This document shows, piece by piece, positions 8,053 to 17,319 of a stretch of DNA of 32,000 nucleotides; position 1 is the first letter of the stretch, and every line of letters begins with the position of its first letter. The stretch comes from Cuniculiplasma divulgatum (lineage in GTDB: Archaea; Thermoplasmatota; Thermoplasmata; Thermoplasmatales; Thermoplasmataceae). The translations under genes and the position numbers were made by a program. The stretch lies in NCBI RefSeq assembly GCF_900083515.1, contig NZ_LT671858.1, positions 450,001-482,000 of the forward strand, given 5' to 3'. Under the pieces are notes generated by a model. The model saw only the letters and a program-made list of their open reading frames with translations. It was not told the DNA's origin and ran no database searches.

Positions 8053-8400
8053 ATGACGGAAACAAAAATCATATTTATAATCAGCAGTGGTCTGGAGCAG
8101 AAAGAGAAGGCATTAACTGGACTGAGAATGGCAATAAACATGAAGCAAAAGAATCGTGTGTCTGACGTCAGGGTTCTTTTCTTTGGTCCCTCACAGGAAA
8201 TGATTGCCAAGGGAGATGAAATGATTGATGGGATGCTAAAAGAGGCAACAGATGCTGGTATCTATAAAACAGCATGCGTGTTCATTGCCGACAATAAGAA
8301 GATTTCAGAACCACTAAAATCAAAGAACATAAATCTTGAACCTGCTGGAGAAGTACTGGCAAAGGCCCTTCAGGAAGGATACGTTCCAATAACATTCTAA
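8053..8400 (+). CDS. DsrE/DsrF-like small sulfur-relay family protein (second paralog)
   Basis: 115 aa with IIFIISSG near the N-terminus, a conserved Cys in YKTACVFIA, and a C-terminal GYVPITF. Colinear with 2068..2427. Confidence 0.6.
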   Translation: MTETKIIFIISSGLEQKEKALTGLRMAINMKQKNRVSDVRVLFFGPSQEMIAKGDEMIDGMLKEATDAGIYKTACVFIADNKKISEPLKSKNINLEPAGEVLAKALQEGYVPITF

Positions 8401-8401
8401 A

Positions 8402-9217
8402 ATGACAAAGCTCAGGGACTTTACCTTAAGGGATGTTGATGTTCCAGATAAGATCAACAGTATAATCTCGCTCAATCCCTCTATTACTGAAACACTTTGC
8501 CTTATAGGTCTCGAAAACAAACTTAAGGGAGTAAGTGCATTCTGCAGGAGGCCAGAATCTGTTGAAAAAATCAAAAAAATTGGTAGTTACAGTACATATA
8601 ATGAAAATATAGTAAACGAAATAAATCCTGACATTATTTTCACAATATCAGGATATCAGGAAAATCTTACAAAAGAATTAATGAAAAAATATCAGGTTTT
8701 TCAGTTTGAGCTACCCTCAACACCCTATGGAATACTGGATATGATAAGCAGGGTTGGAGTTGTAACGGGAAAAATAAGTAATGCCCAAAATCTTGCCAGA
8801 GAACTTCAAAAATATTTCGTTCCTTATGACTCAAATAAGAGGGCATATCTGGAGATAGATCTTGGAGGACCTGTCTCATTCGGGTCTTTAAGTTATATTA
8901 CATCAACCTTAAATTTACATGGTATTTCAACACCTTTTGACAACAACTTAAAGGAATGGCTTGAACCAGATTATGAGCAGGTCAGAAAATTCGACCCAGA
9001 ACTCATGATATTTGAAGGAAAGATGTACAGGGGAACCAGTGTAGAAGAGACCATAAAACGTCTTAAGGATACACCGCTGAGTAACACATCTGCATTCAGA
9101 AAAAACAATATATTCTGTACCCCAGGAAAACTTGATTTTTTTGCACACCACGGACCTTCATTTTTCACTTCTGTTATTCCATGGTTAAGGCATATATTAG
9201 AACATGAAATAAACTAG
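8402..9217 (+). CDS. Periplasmic-binding-protein-like (class III, BtuF/FhuD/TroA-type) domain protein without a signal peptide
   Basis: 271 aa. SIISLNPSITETLCLIGLENKLKGVS and PDIIFTISGY resemble the N-lobe of iron-siderophore/cobalamin binding proteins. There is no hydrophobic N-terminal signal or lipobox. The ATG lies 1 nt after the DsrE-like stop. Confidence 0.5.
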   Translation: MTKLRDFTLRDVDVPDKINSIISLNPSITETLCLIGLENKLKGVSAFCRRPESVEKIKKIGSYSTYNENIVNEINPDIIFTISGYQENLTKELMKKYQVFQFELPSTPYGILDMISRVGVVTGKISNAQNLARELQKYFVPYDSNKRAYLEIDLGGPVSFGSLSYITSTLNLHGISTPFDNNLKEWLEPDYEQVRKFDPELMIFEGKMYRGTSVEETIKRLKDTPLSNTSAFRKNNIFCTPGKLDFFAHHGPSFFTSVIPWLRHILEHEIN

Positions 9218-9402
9218 TATATTGAAATGATTCATTATCCATATCATTTGGTTTTAGACAATATCGAGAAGATCTGTTATTCATGAAATTAAGGGCTTTC
9301 AACCGAATTAATTCAAATGAAGAATGTTAACTCAAATTAACGCATTAATATAAATACGAGTAAGGAATACTATTCAGTCCGAAAGGACGGGACGTAAACC
9401 AT

Positions 9403-9885
9403 ATGGAAGGAATTACCAAAATAAAGGACCTTACACCTGAGTCGAGAAGAGTAAATGTTCTTGCTAAGGTCATAGAGATAGGCGAGCCAAAAGAGATAAA
9501 CACAAGATTCGGAGAATCAAAATCCGTAACTGAGGTTGTTGTAGGAGACGACACTGGAAAGATAAAGCTATCCCTCTGGGGAGAACAGGCTGCATCTGTA
9601 AAGGATGGATCTACACTTCATGTTGATAACGGATACATTTCATTGGTCAGAGGCCAGATGAGATTAAACGTTGGAAAATATGGAAACCTTAACGAATCCG
9701 AGGAAGCTGTTGAAGAAGTTAACAGTGAAAATGACATGAGCGAAAAAGTTTATGAAAACACTAACTTCAGAAGAGGCGGTACTGGCGGCGGTTTCAGAAG
9801 AAACGGCGGTGGATACGGCGGAAACAGCGGTGGAAGGAGAGAGTACGGCTCCAGAGATAATTACAGAAACGAAGATAGAGATTAA
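9403..9885 (+). CDS. Single-OB-fold ssDNA-binding protein (SSB/RPA-like) with an Arg/Gly-rich C-terminal tail
   Basis: 160 aa. The OB-fold pattern is VNVLAKVIEIGEPKEINTRFGESKSVTEVVVGDDTGKIKLSLWGEQA...HVDNGYISLVRGQMRLNVGKYG. An acidic linker follows, then RRGGTGGGFRRNGGGYGGNSGGRREYGSRD. Confidence 0.75.
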   Translation: MEGITKIKDLTPESRRVNVLAKVIEIGEPKEINTRFGESKSVTEVVVGDDTGKIKLSLWGEQAASVKDGSTLHVDNGYISLVRGQMRLNVGKYGNLNESEEAVEEVNSENDMSEKVYENTNFRRGGTGGGFRRNGGGYGGNSGGRREYGSRDNYRNEDRD

Positions 9886-11663
9886 TTACTATCTTCCTTA
9901 TAACTAGTTTTTTTCTGCATTTTAAATAATTCATAAATTTCTACAGAGGATGTACAATCTTCTACTTTTTTATCAGTTCTCCAGGTACCAGTAAATCTTG
10001 GAAATCTTATGGCAAGGCCATTTTTACCAACCAGTTCTTTTGCACATGTATGAACAGGGCTCAATGTTATTTCAGCACCCTTAATCTGAATCACCTTTTC
10101 AGGGTATATCCAAGCATCTGGCATCATTTCTGAATCAACATTTGATGGTTTTTTATCTGTGATGAGACTCGAGAATATCACCTTCATTTCAGAAAGATTT
10201 TCATCAGTGAATCCAGACCCAATCTTACATACTGATTCAAACATATCACGTTCCTTATTATAAGAAGCCAAAAGAAGTGCACCGAAGCTACCTTTTCTGC
10301 GTCCATGTCCGTAGAATGCACCTACTACTACCAGGTCCAGTGTATCTGAGATTTCATTCTGATAATCTCTCTTAAATTTTATCCACAACCATCCCCTGTT
10401 TCCAGCCCTGTAAATGGAATTTTCCTGCACACTCTTTGCGACTATTCCCTCACATCCTGATTCTATGGAAGTTTCAAAGAATTTTTCTGCTTCCTCTGAA
10501 CTCTTAGATATTATCTGTGTTGCAAATTTCAGGCGATCATTTTCACCCACAGTTTCGAGTAACCTTTTCCTTCTTTCAGTATATGATTTCCCATTAAGAG
10601 GGACGCCATTAAGATAAATAATGTCAAAGAGAAAAACCATAATGGGTATCTCTTCCGAAACCTCCGGCAAATCGTATATTCTTCCTCTTCTCCTTGAAAC
10701 ATCCTGAAAAGGATAAATCTCTCCTGTTTCACTGTTAACCGGTACTGCCTCTCCGTCAAGGATCACAGTATCAGCATTTACCTTTCTGACAGCTTCAATA
10801 ATTTCAGGAAACTGTTTTGTCGTTTCTTCATTTCCCCTTGAAAATGTCCTTATTTCATTTCCACGCTTGTGTATCTGTATCCTTAAGCCATCATACTTGT
10901 ATTCTAAAGCTGCTATTCCACCAAGTTTTTCAATTATCTGAGTAAGGGACTGAAGCCTCTCAGCAAGCATTACTTTTATTGGTATGAACGGTGTAGGTCC
11001 TGCGCTTACATTTATTCTATCATTGAGCAAAAGATTAGCAACGTAAGCAGGATCAGGATGAAAATTGAAAGCATCCTCCACCTCAGATTGTTCTATTTCT
11101 GGTTTAAATGCCAGTCGGAGTGCAGTAATTATTGATGCATCTGAAACCCCGATTCTGAGGTTTCCTGTGATAATCCTTACAACATACTTTGCCTCTTTAT
11201 TTGTTGACCGGATGAGGAAATCCTTTAACATAGCTGCCTTTGTTTCGCTAGTTCCTTGGCCCTTTAGTCTCGTAATCTTAAGGAGAAGTTCGTAAAACTC
11301 TTTAAGAGTTAGAGGCTCATTGAAGAATGAGGTTTGCTTTCCTCGGGAAAGTAATTGTTCGGCCACTTCCCCCAGATCCCCCAATGTTGAAATCAAAGAT
11401 ATTTCTTCTTTTTCATTTGCTCCGGTAAGGTATTCCAAAGCTTTCATGACGGTTTTCTCTGATATGCCAATCTCGAGTCCAGAGTAATCTGGTGCCACCT
11501 TTCCCTGAATAAGGTATGCAATAATATCCACTTCATCTCTGTGCTCCAGAAATAACTGTTTCATAATCTCATTCATTTCCAGTCTTTTTGGTGTACCAGA
11601 TATTCTGTCGAGATAATCCACAAACTCAGAGAGTAACATTAGTGAGGTTAATTCAAAAGGCAT
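9882..11663 (-). CDS. lig: ATP-dependent DNA ligase
   Basis: 593 aa. The adenylation motif I is EYKYDGLRIQIH. Also present are LDGEAV, the EGIVAK motif and a WLKFK-like WIKFKRDY. Length and organisation are typical of archaeal Lig. Confidence 0.95.
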   Translation of the reverse strand: MPFELTSLMLLSEFVDYLDRISGTPKRLEMNEIMKQLFLEHRDEVDIIAYLIQGKVAPDYSGLEIGISEKTVMKALEYLTGANEKEEISLISTLGDLGEVAEQLLSRGKQTSFFNEPLTLKEFYELLLKITRLKGQGTSETKAAMLKDFLIRSTNKEAKYVVRIITGNLRIGVSDASIITALRLAFKPEIEQSEVEDAFNFHPDPAYVANLLLNDRINVSAGPTPFIPIKVMLAERLQSLTQIIEKLGGIAALEYKYDGLRIQIHKRGNEIRTFSRGNEETTKQFPEIIEAVRKVNADTVILDGEAVPVNSETGEIYPFQDVSRRRGRIYDLPEVSEEIPIMVFLFDIIYLNGVPLNGKSYTERRKRLLETVGENDRLKFATQIISKSSEEAEKFFETSIESGCEGIVAKSVQENSIYRAGNRGWLWIKFKRDYQNEISDTLDLVVVGAFYGHGRRKGSFGALLLASYNKERDMFESVCKIGSGFTDENLSEMKVIFSSLITDKKPSNVDSEMMPDAWIYPEKVIQIKGAEITLSPVHTCAKELVGKNGLAIRFPRFTGTWRTDKKVEDCTSSVEIYELFKMQKKTSYKEDSN

Positions 11664-11827
11664 AAAAAAGTTATCCTGTATGGATGTTATTTTAATGTTT
11701 TTACTCGAAATTTATGGCATGGACCTGTATTTTTGCTATCATGCAGTGATATAAAATTAACTTTACTCAGTGCATTAAACAATTTCGGCTAACAGATACT
11801 CGCAAAGGATTAATAGGCATTTAAACA

Positions 11828-12403
11828 TTGAAAGTTATGGATCATCATCACCACGGACACGAATTCGATTATGATAGAATGGCAGAAATGAGAGAAAAAA
11901 CCATAGACGTGCAAAGTGTCATAGATTTCATGCACATAAAACAAGGCGAACGAATAGCAGATGTTGGTTCCGGAGATGGATACTATTCAATGCTTCTGGC
12001 ACCTAAATGTTCAAAGGTATATTCTATAGATATAAGTAAGAATGGAATAGAAAGAGAAAATAAAAAGATAAAAGAAAAAAAGATCCTAAATGTGGAGACA
12101 ATTCTAGAAGATATGTGTAAAATGGAAAAAATTCCAGAGGTAGACAGAGTTTTCTTTTCAACCAGTTTTCATGACTTTCCCTGTATGGATGAAATTATCC
12201 AGAAATTTTCACAAAAGAATAAACCAGTTTTTACACTGTTAGAATTCAAGAAAGATTCAACATTAGGTCCACCATCAGAAATAAAGCTATCACCAGAAGA
12301 ACTTAATGCCATATTTTCAAGGAATAACTATGTGAGAAGTGATATAAAGTTCTTCGATCATCACTACATAGCAAATTATTCGTTCCACAAATCTACGAAC
12401 TAG
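11828..12403 (+). CDS. Class I SAM-dependent methyltransferase
   Basis: Motif I is IADVGSGDGYYS, followed by VYSIDIS (motif II-like). The track start at 11828 is TTG, and ATG 11837 (MDHHHHGH...) is an equally plausible start. Confidence 0.7.
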   Translation: MKVMDHHHHGHEFDYDRMAEMREKTIDVQSVIDFMHIKQGERIADVGSGDGYYSMLLAPKCSKVYSIDISKNGIERENKKIKEKKILNVETILEDMCKMEKIPEVDRVFFSTSFHDFPCMDEIIQKFSQKNKPVFTLLEFKKDSTLGPPSEIKLSPEELNAIFSRNNYVRSDIKFFDHHYIANYSFHKSTN

Positions 12404-13581
12404 ATCTTAACACCAAATCTTTCCTGTTCCATAAGAATGTTATCCTGCTGGTTTCTCAAAAGAAATGAGAATATAACTGAAACTATAATCGTTGCAAAAA
12501 TTGCTGCTGAATATTGGTTTGAATTAAGGATGTTCGCTTCAAGGGCTATAGTAGCGATAATGACTCCCACCGCACCTCTTCCTCCTAATATTCCTGATGA
12601 AACTCTCCCAGAACCTTTTGAGAAGAATTTTCTTCCAGCATAATAATCAAGAAATCCTCCAATTAGAATTGTTATGATTATAAGAAGTGTCATTTCTCCC
12701 AGTGAGTTAAAGGTTGGAAGGATGGCTTCCATTCCGGCTATGCTGAAAAAAAGAGGTATGAAGAAGCTATCATTCAACCGTCCCAGTGTTCTTGTAATAA
12801 TCCCAAGAAGTTCTTTTCCTATTATGACGTCGCTGATAAGTATACCTGCAAAGAAAGCACCAAGAACATATGATATACCTATCTCATCCAGGAGAGACGC
12901 GACTATGAGTCCAGATAAGATTATGCTACCAAATACAAGTTTTTCACTTTTAGACTGGTACCTTAGTCTTTCAAAGAAAGCCATGACCGTTTTTGAATTT
13001 TTTCTTAAATAATGATCTGCCAGAAATATCAATATGAGAAAAACTACAATCGACACAAGCTCGTAATTCAATCTTTTAAGGTCTACTATTGCTGAAAGAA
13101 TAATGAATGCAATTATATCTGTGAATATAACAGATGCAAGAATGGAGTTTCCCATTTCGTATTTCATCAGGTCATATTTATTCAAGAGCACTGAAATAAT
13201 GGAGATTGATGGCACTCCTATGGACACGGCAAGTATAATATCTGATGCCCCAAATTTTCCATAGAAAATCTTCAAGAAAAGAAGCATAATTAGTAGAGGA
13301 ATTATGAAACTCGTAGTCGAAAGTAAGATCCCTTTTTTAACATTCCTGACCAGTGTATAGGTTGTTGACTCAACCCCTATAAGAAGAACTATGAAGAACA
13401 AAGAAATTTCTGAAATCCCCGTTATTATGGAACTTGGTAAAACAAGATCTAGAACAGCTTTTCCAAGGATAAACCCGGCTATTAGTTCACCAATAACTGA
13501 AGGTAAGCCGTAATATTCGAAAACACTTCCCATAATTATGGCAAGAAGCAAAAGTACGAATATTGAAAGTAAAAATGTCAT
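12400..13581 (-). CDS. Cation:proton antiporter (CPA2/Kef/NapA-type Na+/H+ exchanger family)
   Basis: 393-aa polytopic membrane protein, about 11-12 TM by eye. The N-terminus LPSVIGELIAGFILG and the FFIPLFFSIAGME segment are typical of the Na_H_exchanger family. Confidence 0.75.
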   Translation of the reverse strand: MTFLLSIFVLLLLAIIMGSVFEYYGLPSVIGELIAGFILGKAVLDLVLPSSIITGISEISLFFIVLLIGVESTTYTLVRNVKKGILLSTTSFIIPLLIMLLFLKIFYGKFGASDIILAVSIGVPSISIISVLLNKYDLMKYEMGNSILASVIFTDIIAFIILSAIVDLKRLNYELVSIVVFLILIFLADHYLRKNSKTVMAFFERLRYQSKSEKLVFGSIILSGLIVASLLDEIGISYVLGAFFAGILISDVIIGKELLGIITRTLGRLNDSFFIPLFFSIAGMEAILPTFNSLGEMTLLIIITILIGGFLDYYAGRKFFSKGSGRVSSGILGGRGAVGVIIATIALEANILNSNQYSAAIFATIIVSVIFSFLLRNQQDNILMEQERFGVKI

Positions 13582-14081
13582 CTATCGTTCTTAAATTGGT
13601 AACTCCCTTATAAAATATTATACACAATAAAGTTGTACTTTTTTAGTCCAGGATAAAGATTATACTTGTTTACACGCTGAAAATGAATCGGATGAAAAGT
13701 ATGTGAAAGTTCTTTAATTTACAAGCTCTTTTCCAGTTCTGATATTAGATATGAAAAAGAATGGATAATATCTCTATTCACACATGTCAAATTCATCATC
13801 TCACCTGAAAGGACGTCAGGAAAAAATTATTTTCTGACAAAAAAATAAACACACTTTCTGTTTCATAAGGAAAGCCACTCTGTCAGTTAGAACTAAAAAA
13901 TATAAAAATATACTCAGGCTGATAAAGAAGGTTAGAAAACAGCATATTAAAAACTAACTTATGATTTCAATCTAATAGTAATTTTCATCACATAAAAACT
14001 CTAAATTACTCGCAAAAGCACTATATAAGTATTTAGAAATTATAAAAAATTTATACCGATGAAATAATACACATAAGGTTT

Positions 14082-14087
14082 AGGTGA
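14082..14087 (+). promoter_or_regulatory. Shine-Dalgarno-like site for sdhA, with a TTTATA box upstream
   Basis: AGGTGA ends 6 nt before ATG 14094 and is complementary to the archaeal 16S 3' end. The TTTATA at 14050-14055 is a candidate TATA box. Confidence 0.45.
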
Positions 14088-14093
14088 AATTTA

Positions 14094-15815
14094 ATGAACA
14101 ATGAGGTTGAAACCGTCGAGGCAGATGTTCTTATTATCGGTGCCGGCGGCGCAGGAATGAGGGCAGCTATCTCCGTAAATGATGCAGGTTTGAAGCCTGT
14201 AATGGTTACAAAATCACTTCTTGGCAAGGCTCACACCGTTATGGCTGAAGGTGGAATTGCCTGTGCTCTGGGAAACGTGGATCCGAAGGATAACTGGATG
14301 GTTCACTATGGTGATATAATAGAGGAAGGAGTATACATATCTAACTGGAAAATGGCCGAAATTTTGGGAAAAGAGGCACCTGACAGGGTTCTCGAACTGG
14401 AAAGATATGGAGCACTTTTCGACAGGACACCTGATGGCAGGATAATGCAGAGGGCATTTGGAGCTCACACATACAGAAGACTGGCACATATTGGTGATAG
14501 AACAGGATTAGAACTCATAAAGACATTGGAAGATCAGGTACTGCACAGAAATATTCCGTTCTACGATGAAATGTATATTGTGGACCTTATAAGGAAGGAT
14601 AACAAGATCATAGGAGCATACGGAATAAAGATGAATACTGGTAAGACATTTGTATTCAGGGCAAAATCAGTAGTCATAGCAACTGGTGGTTCCGGAAGAG
14701 TTTATAAGGTAACATCCAACTCATGGGAATCAACAGGTGATGGTATTGGTATGGCATACAGGGCTGGAGTAATCCTCAGAGACATGGAAATGATACAGTT
14801 CCACCCAACAGGAATGGTATACCCACCTGGAGTAAAAGGTCTTCTTGTGACGGAAGGAGTAAGAGGAGAAGGGGGGATTTTACTGAATTCAAAGGGTGAG
14901 AGATATATGCTGAAATATTCTCCACAAAAGAAAGAACTTGATGCTAGAGATGTTGTTGCAAGAGCAAATTACAAAGAAATAATGGAAGGTAGGGGAACAG
15001 AACATGGAGGTGTTTATCTTGACATATCTCAAAAAGGTGCAGACTTTATCAAGCACAAACTTCCAGCCATGTATCAGCAGTTTCTTGAGTTTGCTGGTGT
15101 AGATATAACAAAGGAAAAGATGGAAGTTGCACCAACTGTCCATTATATGATGGGTGGAATTGAAGTTGATGCAGAAACAGAAAGAACAAACCTTGAAAAT
15201 CTTTTTGCTGCGGGAGAGGTAGCATCAGGTCTCCACGGAGCCAACAGACTGGGAGGCAACTCTCTTGCAGATATTCTCGTTTTCGGTAAAAGGGCAGGAG
15301 ATTCAGCAGTTAATTATGCACGAAGCTCAAAATTCGAGGATATACCTGAGGAGGAAATTGAAAAAATTAGAGCTTATGTAATGCACTTCTTTAAGGAAGA
15401 TGGGAAGAACCCATACGATCTCATAGACAGACTTACAACATGTATGAGTGAAAATGTAGGTATAATGAGGGATGAGGAACATCTGCAGAAGGCAATCAAG
15501 ATAATCAAGGATTTAAAGGAAGAATTCAAGGAAGTTGGTACAAAGGGTGGAGTTAGATACAACCATGGATTACTGGGTTGTCTCGAACTTGGCAATATGT
15601 TGGTCTCCTGCGAGGCAATTGCAACATGCGCTTCCATGAGGAAGGAAAGCAGGGGTGCCCATGCGAGATCAGACTTTCCTAAGAAAGACCCAGCATGGAA
15701 AGCCAATATAATAACATACATGGATGAACAGGGAAACATGAATTTTGAGGTAAAACCGGCGGCAGAAATGCCAGAGGAATATAAGGCATATGTAAAGCCA
15801 GAGGTGTATGAATGA
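14094..15815 (+). CDS. sdhA: Succinate dehydrogenase/fumarate reductase flavoprotein subunit
   Basis: 573 aa. FAD dinucleotide fold VLIIGAGGAGMRAA, covalent-FAD His context KAHTVMAEGG, HPTG, and the active-site region RGEGG...HYMMGGI...GLHGANRLGGNSL. Confidence 0.95.
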   Translation: MNNEVETVEADVLIIGAGGAGMRAAISVNDAGLKPVMVTKSLLGKAHTVMAEGGIACALGNVDPKDNWMVHYGDIIEEGVYISNWKMAEILGKEAPDRVLELERYGALFDRTPDGRIMQRAFGAHTYRRLAHIGDRTGLELIKTLEDQVLHRNIPFYDEMYIVDLIRKDNKIIGAYGIKMNTGKTFVFRAKSVVIATGGSGRVYKVTSNSWESTGDGIGMAYRAGVILRDMEMIQFHPTGMVYPPGVKGLLVTEGVRGEGGILLNSKGERYMLKYSPQKKELDARDVVARANYKEIMEGRGTEHGGVYLDISQKGADFIKHKLPAMYQQFLEFAGVDITKEKMEVAPTVHYMMGGIEVDAETERTNLENLFAAGEVASGLHGANRLGGNSLADILVFGKRAGDSAVNYARSSKFEDIPEEEIEKIRAYVMHFFKEDGKNPYDLIDRLTTCMSENVGIMRDEEHLQKAIKIIKDLKEEFKEVGTKGGVRYNHGLLGCLELGNMLVSCEAIATCASMRKESRGAHARSDFPKKDPAWKANIITYMDEQGNMNFEVKPAAEMPEEYKAYVKPEVYE

Positions 15816-16564
15816 GCGATGATATAAGCGTGAAAGTATTCAGGTTCGATCCTGAAACAGAAAAGGAAGGGAAGTTTGTAGAATACAAGGTTCCTTATGT
15901 TGATGGAATGGTTGTTCTTGATACAGTAAGGTATGTTGAAGAGAAAATAGACCCAACCATTTCAATAAGATGGAACTGCAAGGCAGGTAAATGCGGTTCA
16001 TGCTCTGCAGAGATAAATGGAAGGCCTTCCTTGATGTGCAAGACCAGGGTTGATGAAGTTGGAAAAAACATCACCGTTGCGCCAATGGCAGCATTTCCAT
16101 TGATAAAGGATCTTGTTACGGATGTCTCAAAGAACTGGGAAATTGCAAGAAAGATTCCAATGTTTACACCAAAGGAAGGTCTTGAAAAACCATGGAGAAT
16201 TAATCCTAAAGATGTGGAAAGGTCCAAGGAATTTAAGAGATGTATAGAGTGTTTTCTCTGCATGGATGTATGCCACGTTGTCAGGGAACATTTCACACCA
16301 TATTTTGGGCCAAGACACATTGTAAAGGCGGCCTCATGGGATATGCATCCTCTGGATGGACTGGATAGATCCCGGATGCTCAATGAAGAGGGTGGAATGG
16401 GATATTGCAATATAACTAAATGCTGTACTGAAGTATGTCCAGAGCACATAAAAATAACTGATAATGCAATCATTCAAGAAAAGGAAAGAGCCGTAGACAG
16501 GCAGTACGATCCAATAGCAATGTTGATCAAGAACAGAAGACATAAGGAGAAGGTGGTGAAATAA
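15812..16564 (+). CDS. sdhB: Succinate dehydrogenase/fumarate reductase iron-sulfur subunit
   Basis: 250 aa. The 2Fe-2S motif is CKAGKCGSCSAEINGRPSLMC. Cluster motifs CIECFLCMDVC and CNITKCCTEVCP are present. The ATGA start/stop overlap with sdhA indicates translational coupling. Confidence 0.95.
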   Translation: MSDDISVKVFRFDPETEKEGKFVEYKVPYVDGMVVLDTVRYVEEKIDPTISIRWNCKAGKCGSCSAEINGRPSLMCKTRVDEVGKNITVAPMAAFPLIKDLVTDVSKNWEIARKIPMFTPKEGLEKPWRINPKDVERSKEFKRCIECFLCMDVCHVVREHFTPYFGPRHIVKAASWDMHPLDGLDRSRMLNEEGGMGYCNITKCCTEVCPEHIKITDNAIIQEKERAVDRQYDPIAMLIKNRRHKEKVVK

Positions 16565-17314
16565 ATGTCATTTAGCACAAAGGATGAAACAAAATTAGAA
16601 AAGATAACAAGGTTTCCAAGAGAGTTCGGAGAATTGAGATTCTGGTCATTCGTACTGCTGGCACTGCTGGCCATATACCTGATGACTGAGTTTGCATTAC
16701 CAAAGCCTGTTCAGGGATTGACAGATCCATTCTATTCACCAACAATCCTTGTACTTCCTCTGGTGGCAGGATTCAGGGCTACATGCTACGCTTACAGGAA
16801 AGATTACCACAGACATCTTTTCAGACACCCAGTGGCGTGTGAAGTCTCAAATTTCAAGAATGTATCAAAGAAAACAGATCTGGTTGGTGAAAAGAGAGGT
16901 AGATTATATTCAGGTGAAACAAATATTTTCAGGCTTGAGAACCTTCACAGATATTTCTGGTACACTGCAGTTGCAATTCTTCCATTCTTCTATTATGATA
17001 TCTATGTAGCCCTTGCCTACAAGGGAACATTCACACTTGGTGCGCTCCTATTGATCATCAACACAGCTTTGGTTACAGTATATACATTCTCATGCCACTT
17101 CTTCAGACATGTAACAGGCGGAAATGTAGACTGCTACAGCTGTCCAGTGAATAAGAAGAGTGCAAGGAGATCATTCTTTAACGGCATATCAAAGCTGAAC
17201 GATCATCACGAGATATTTGCATGGATGAGTCTTGCCTCATTCTTCCTGGTTGACCTATATATAAGGGGAGTAGCCGCTGGTCTTGGCATTAATATACTCC
17301 TGTTCAGGTTGTGA
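16565..17314 (+). CDS. Putative succinate dehydrogenase membrane anchor / cytochrome b-like subunit (about 5 TM)
   Basis: The ATG directly abuts the sdhB stop. There are five hydrophobic segments with His residues at their ends (YHRHLFRH, LHRYFWY, SCHFFRHVTGG, NDHHEIFAW), compatible with a single-subunit b558-type anchor. The assignment rests on position plus topology, not on recognised homology. Confidence 0.55.
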   Translation: MSFSTKDETKLEKITRFPREFGELRFWSFVLLALLAIYLMTEFALPKPVQGLTDPFYSPTILVLPLVAGFRATCYAYRKDYHRHLFRHPVACEVSNFKNVSKKTDLVGEKRGRLYSGETNIFRLENLHRYFWYTAVAILPFFYYDIYVALAYKGTFTLGALLLIINTALVTVYTFSCHFFRHVTGGNVDCYSCPVNKKSARRSFFNGISKLNDHHEIFAWMSLASFFLVDLYIRGVAAGLGINILLFRL

Positions 17315-17319
17315 TCCAA

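Noticed and set aside
9763-9885. GGN-rich repetitive DNA as a possible tandem repeat or CRISPR-like element
   Set aside because: It is in frame within the SSB ORF and encodes the Arg/Gly tail. The units are irregular, and there is no repeat-spacer architecture anywhere in the window.
11837-11860. Natural His-run (MDHHHHGHEF) at the N-terminus of the SAM methyltransferase, as a metal-binding feature
   Set aside because: It is real in the sequence, but a short His cluster alone does not support a functional claim, and the true start codon (TTG 11828 or ATG 11837) is uncertain.
13815-13845. Hairpin plus A7 run, as an intrinsic terminator
   Set aside because: On the plus strand the hairpin is followed by A rather than T. 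On the minus strand the T-run precedes the hairpin. No gene ends nearby on either strand. I mention it only as part of the long-spacer finding.
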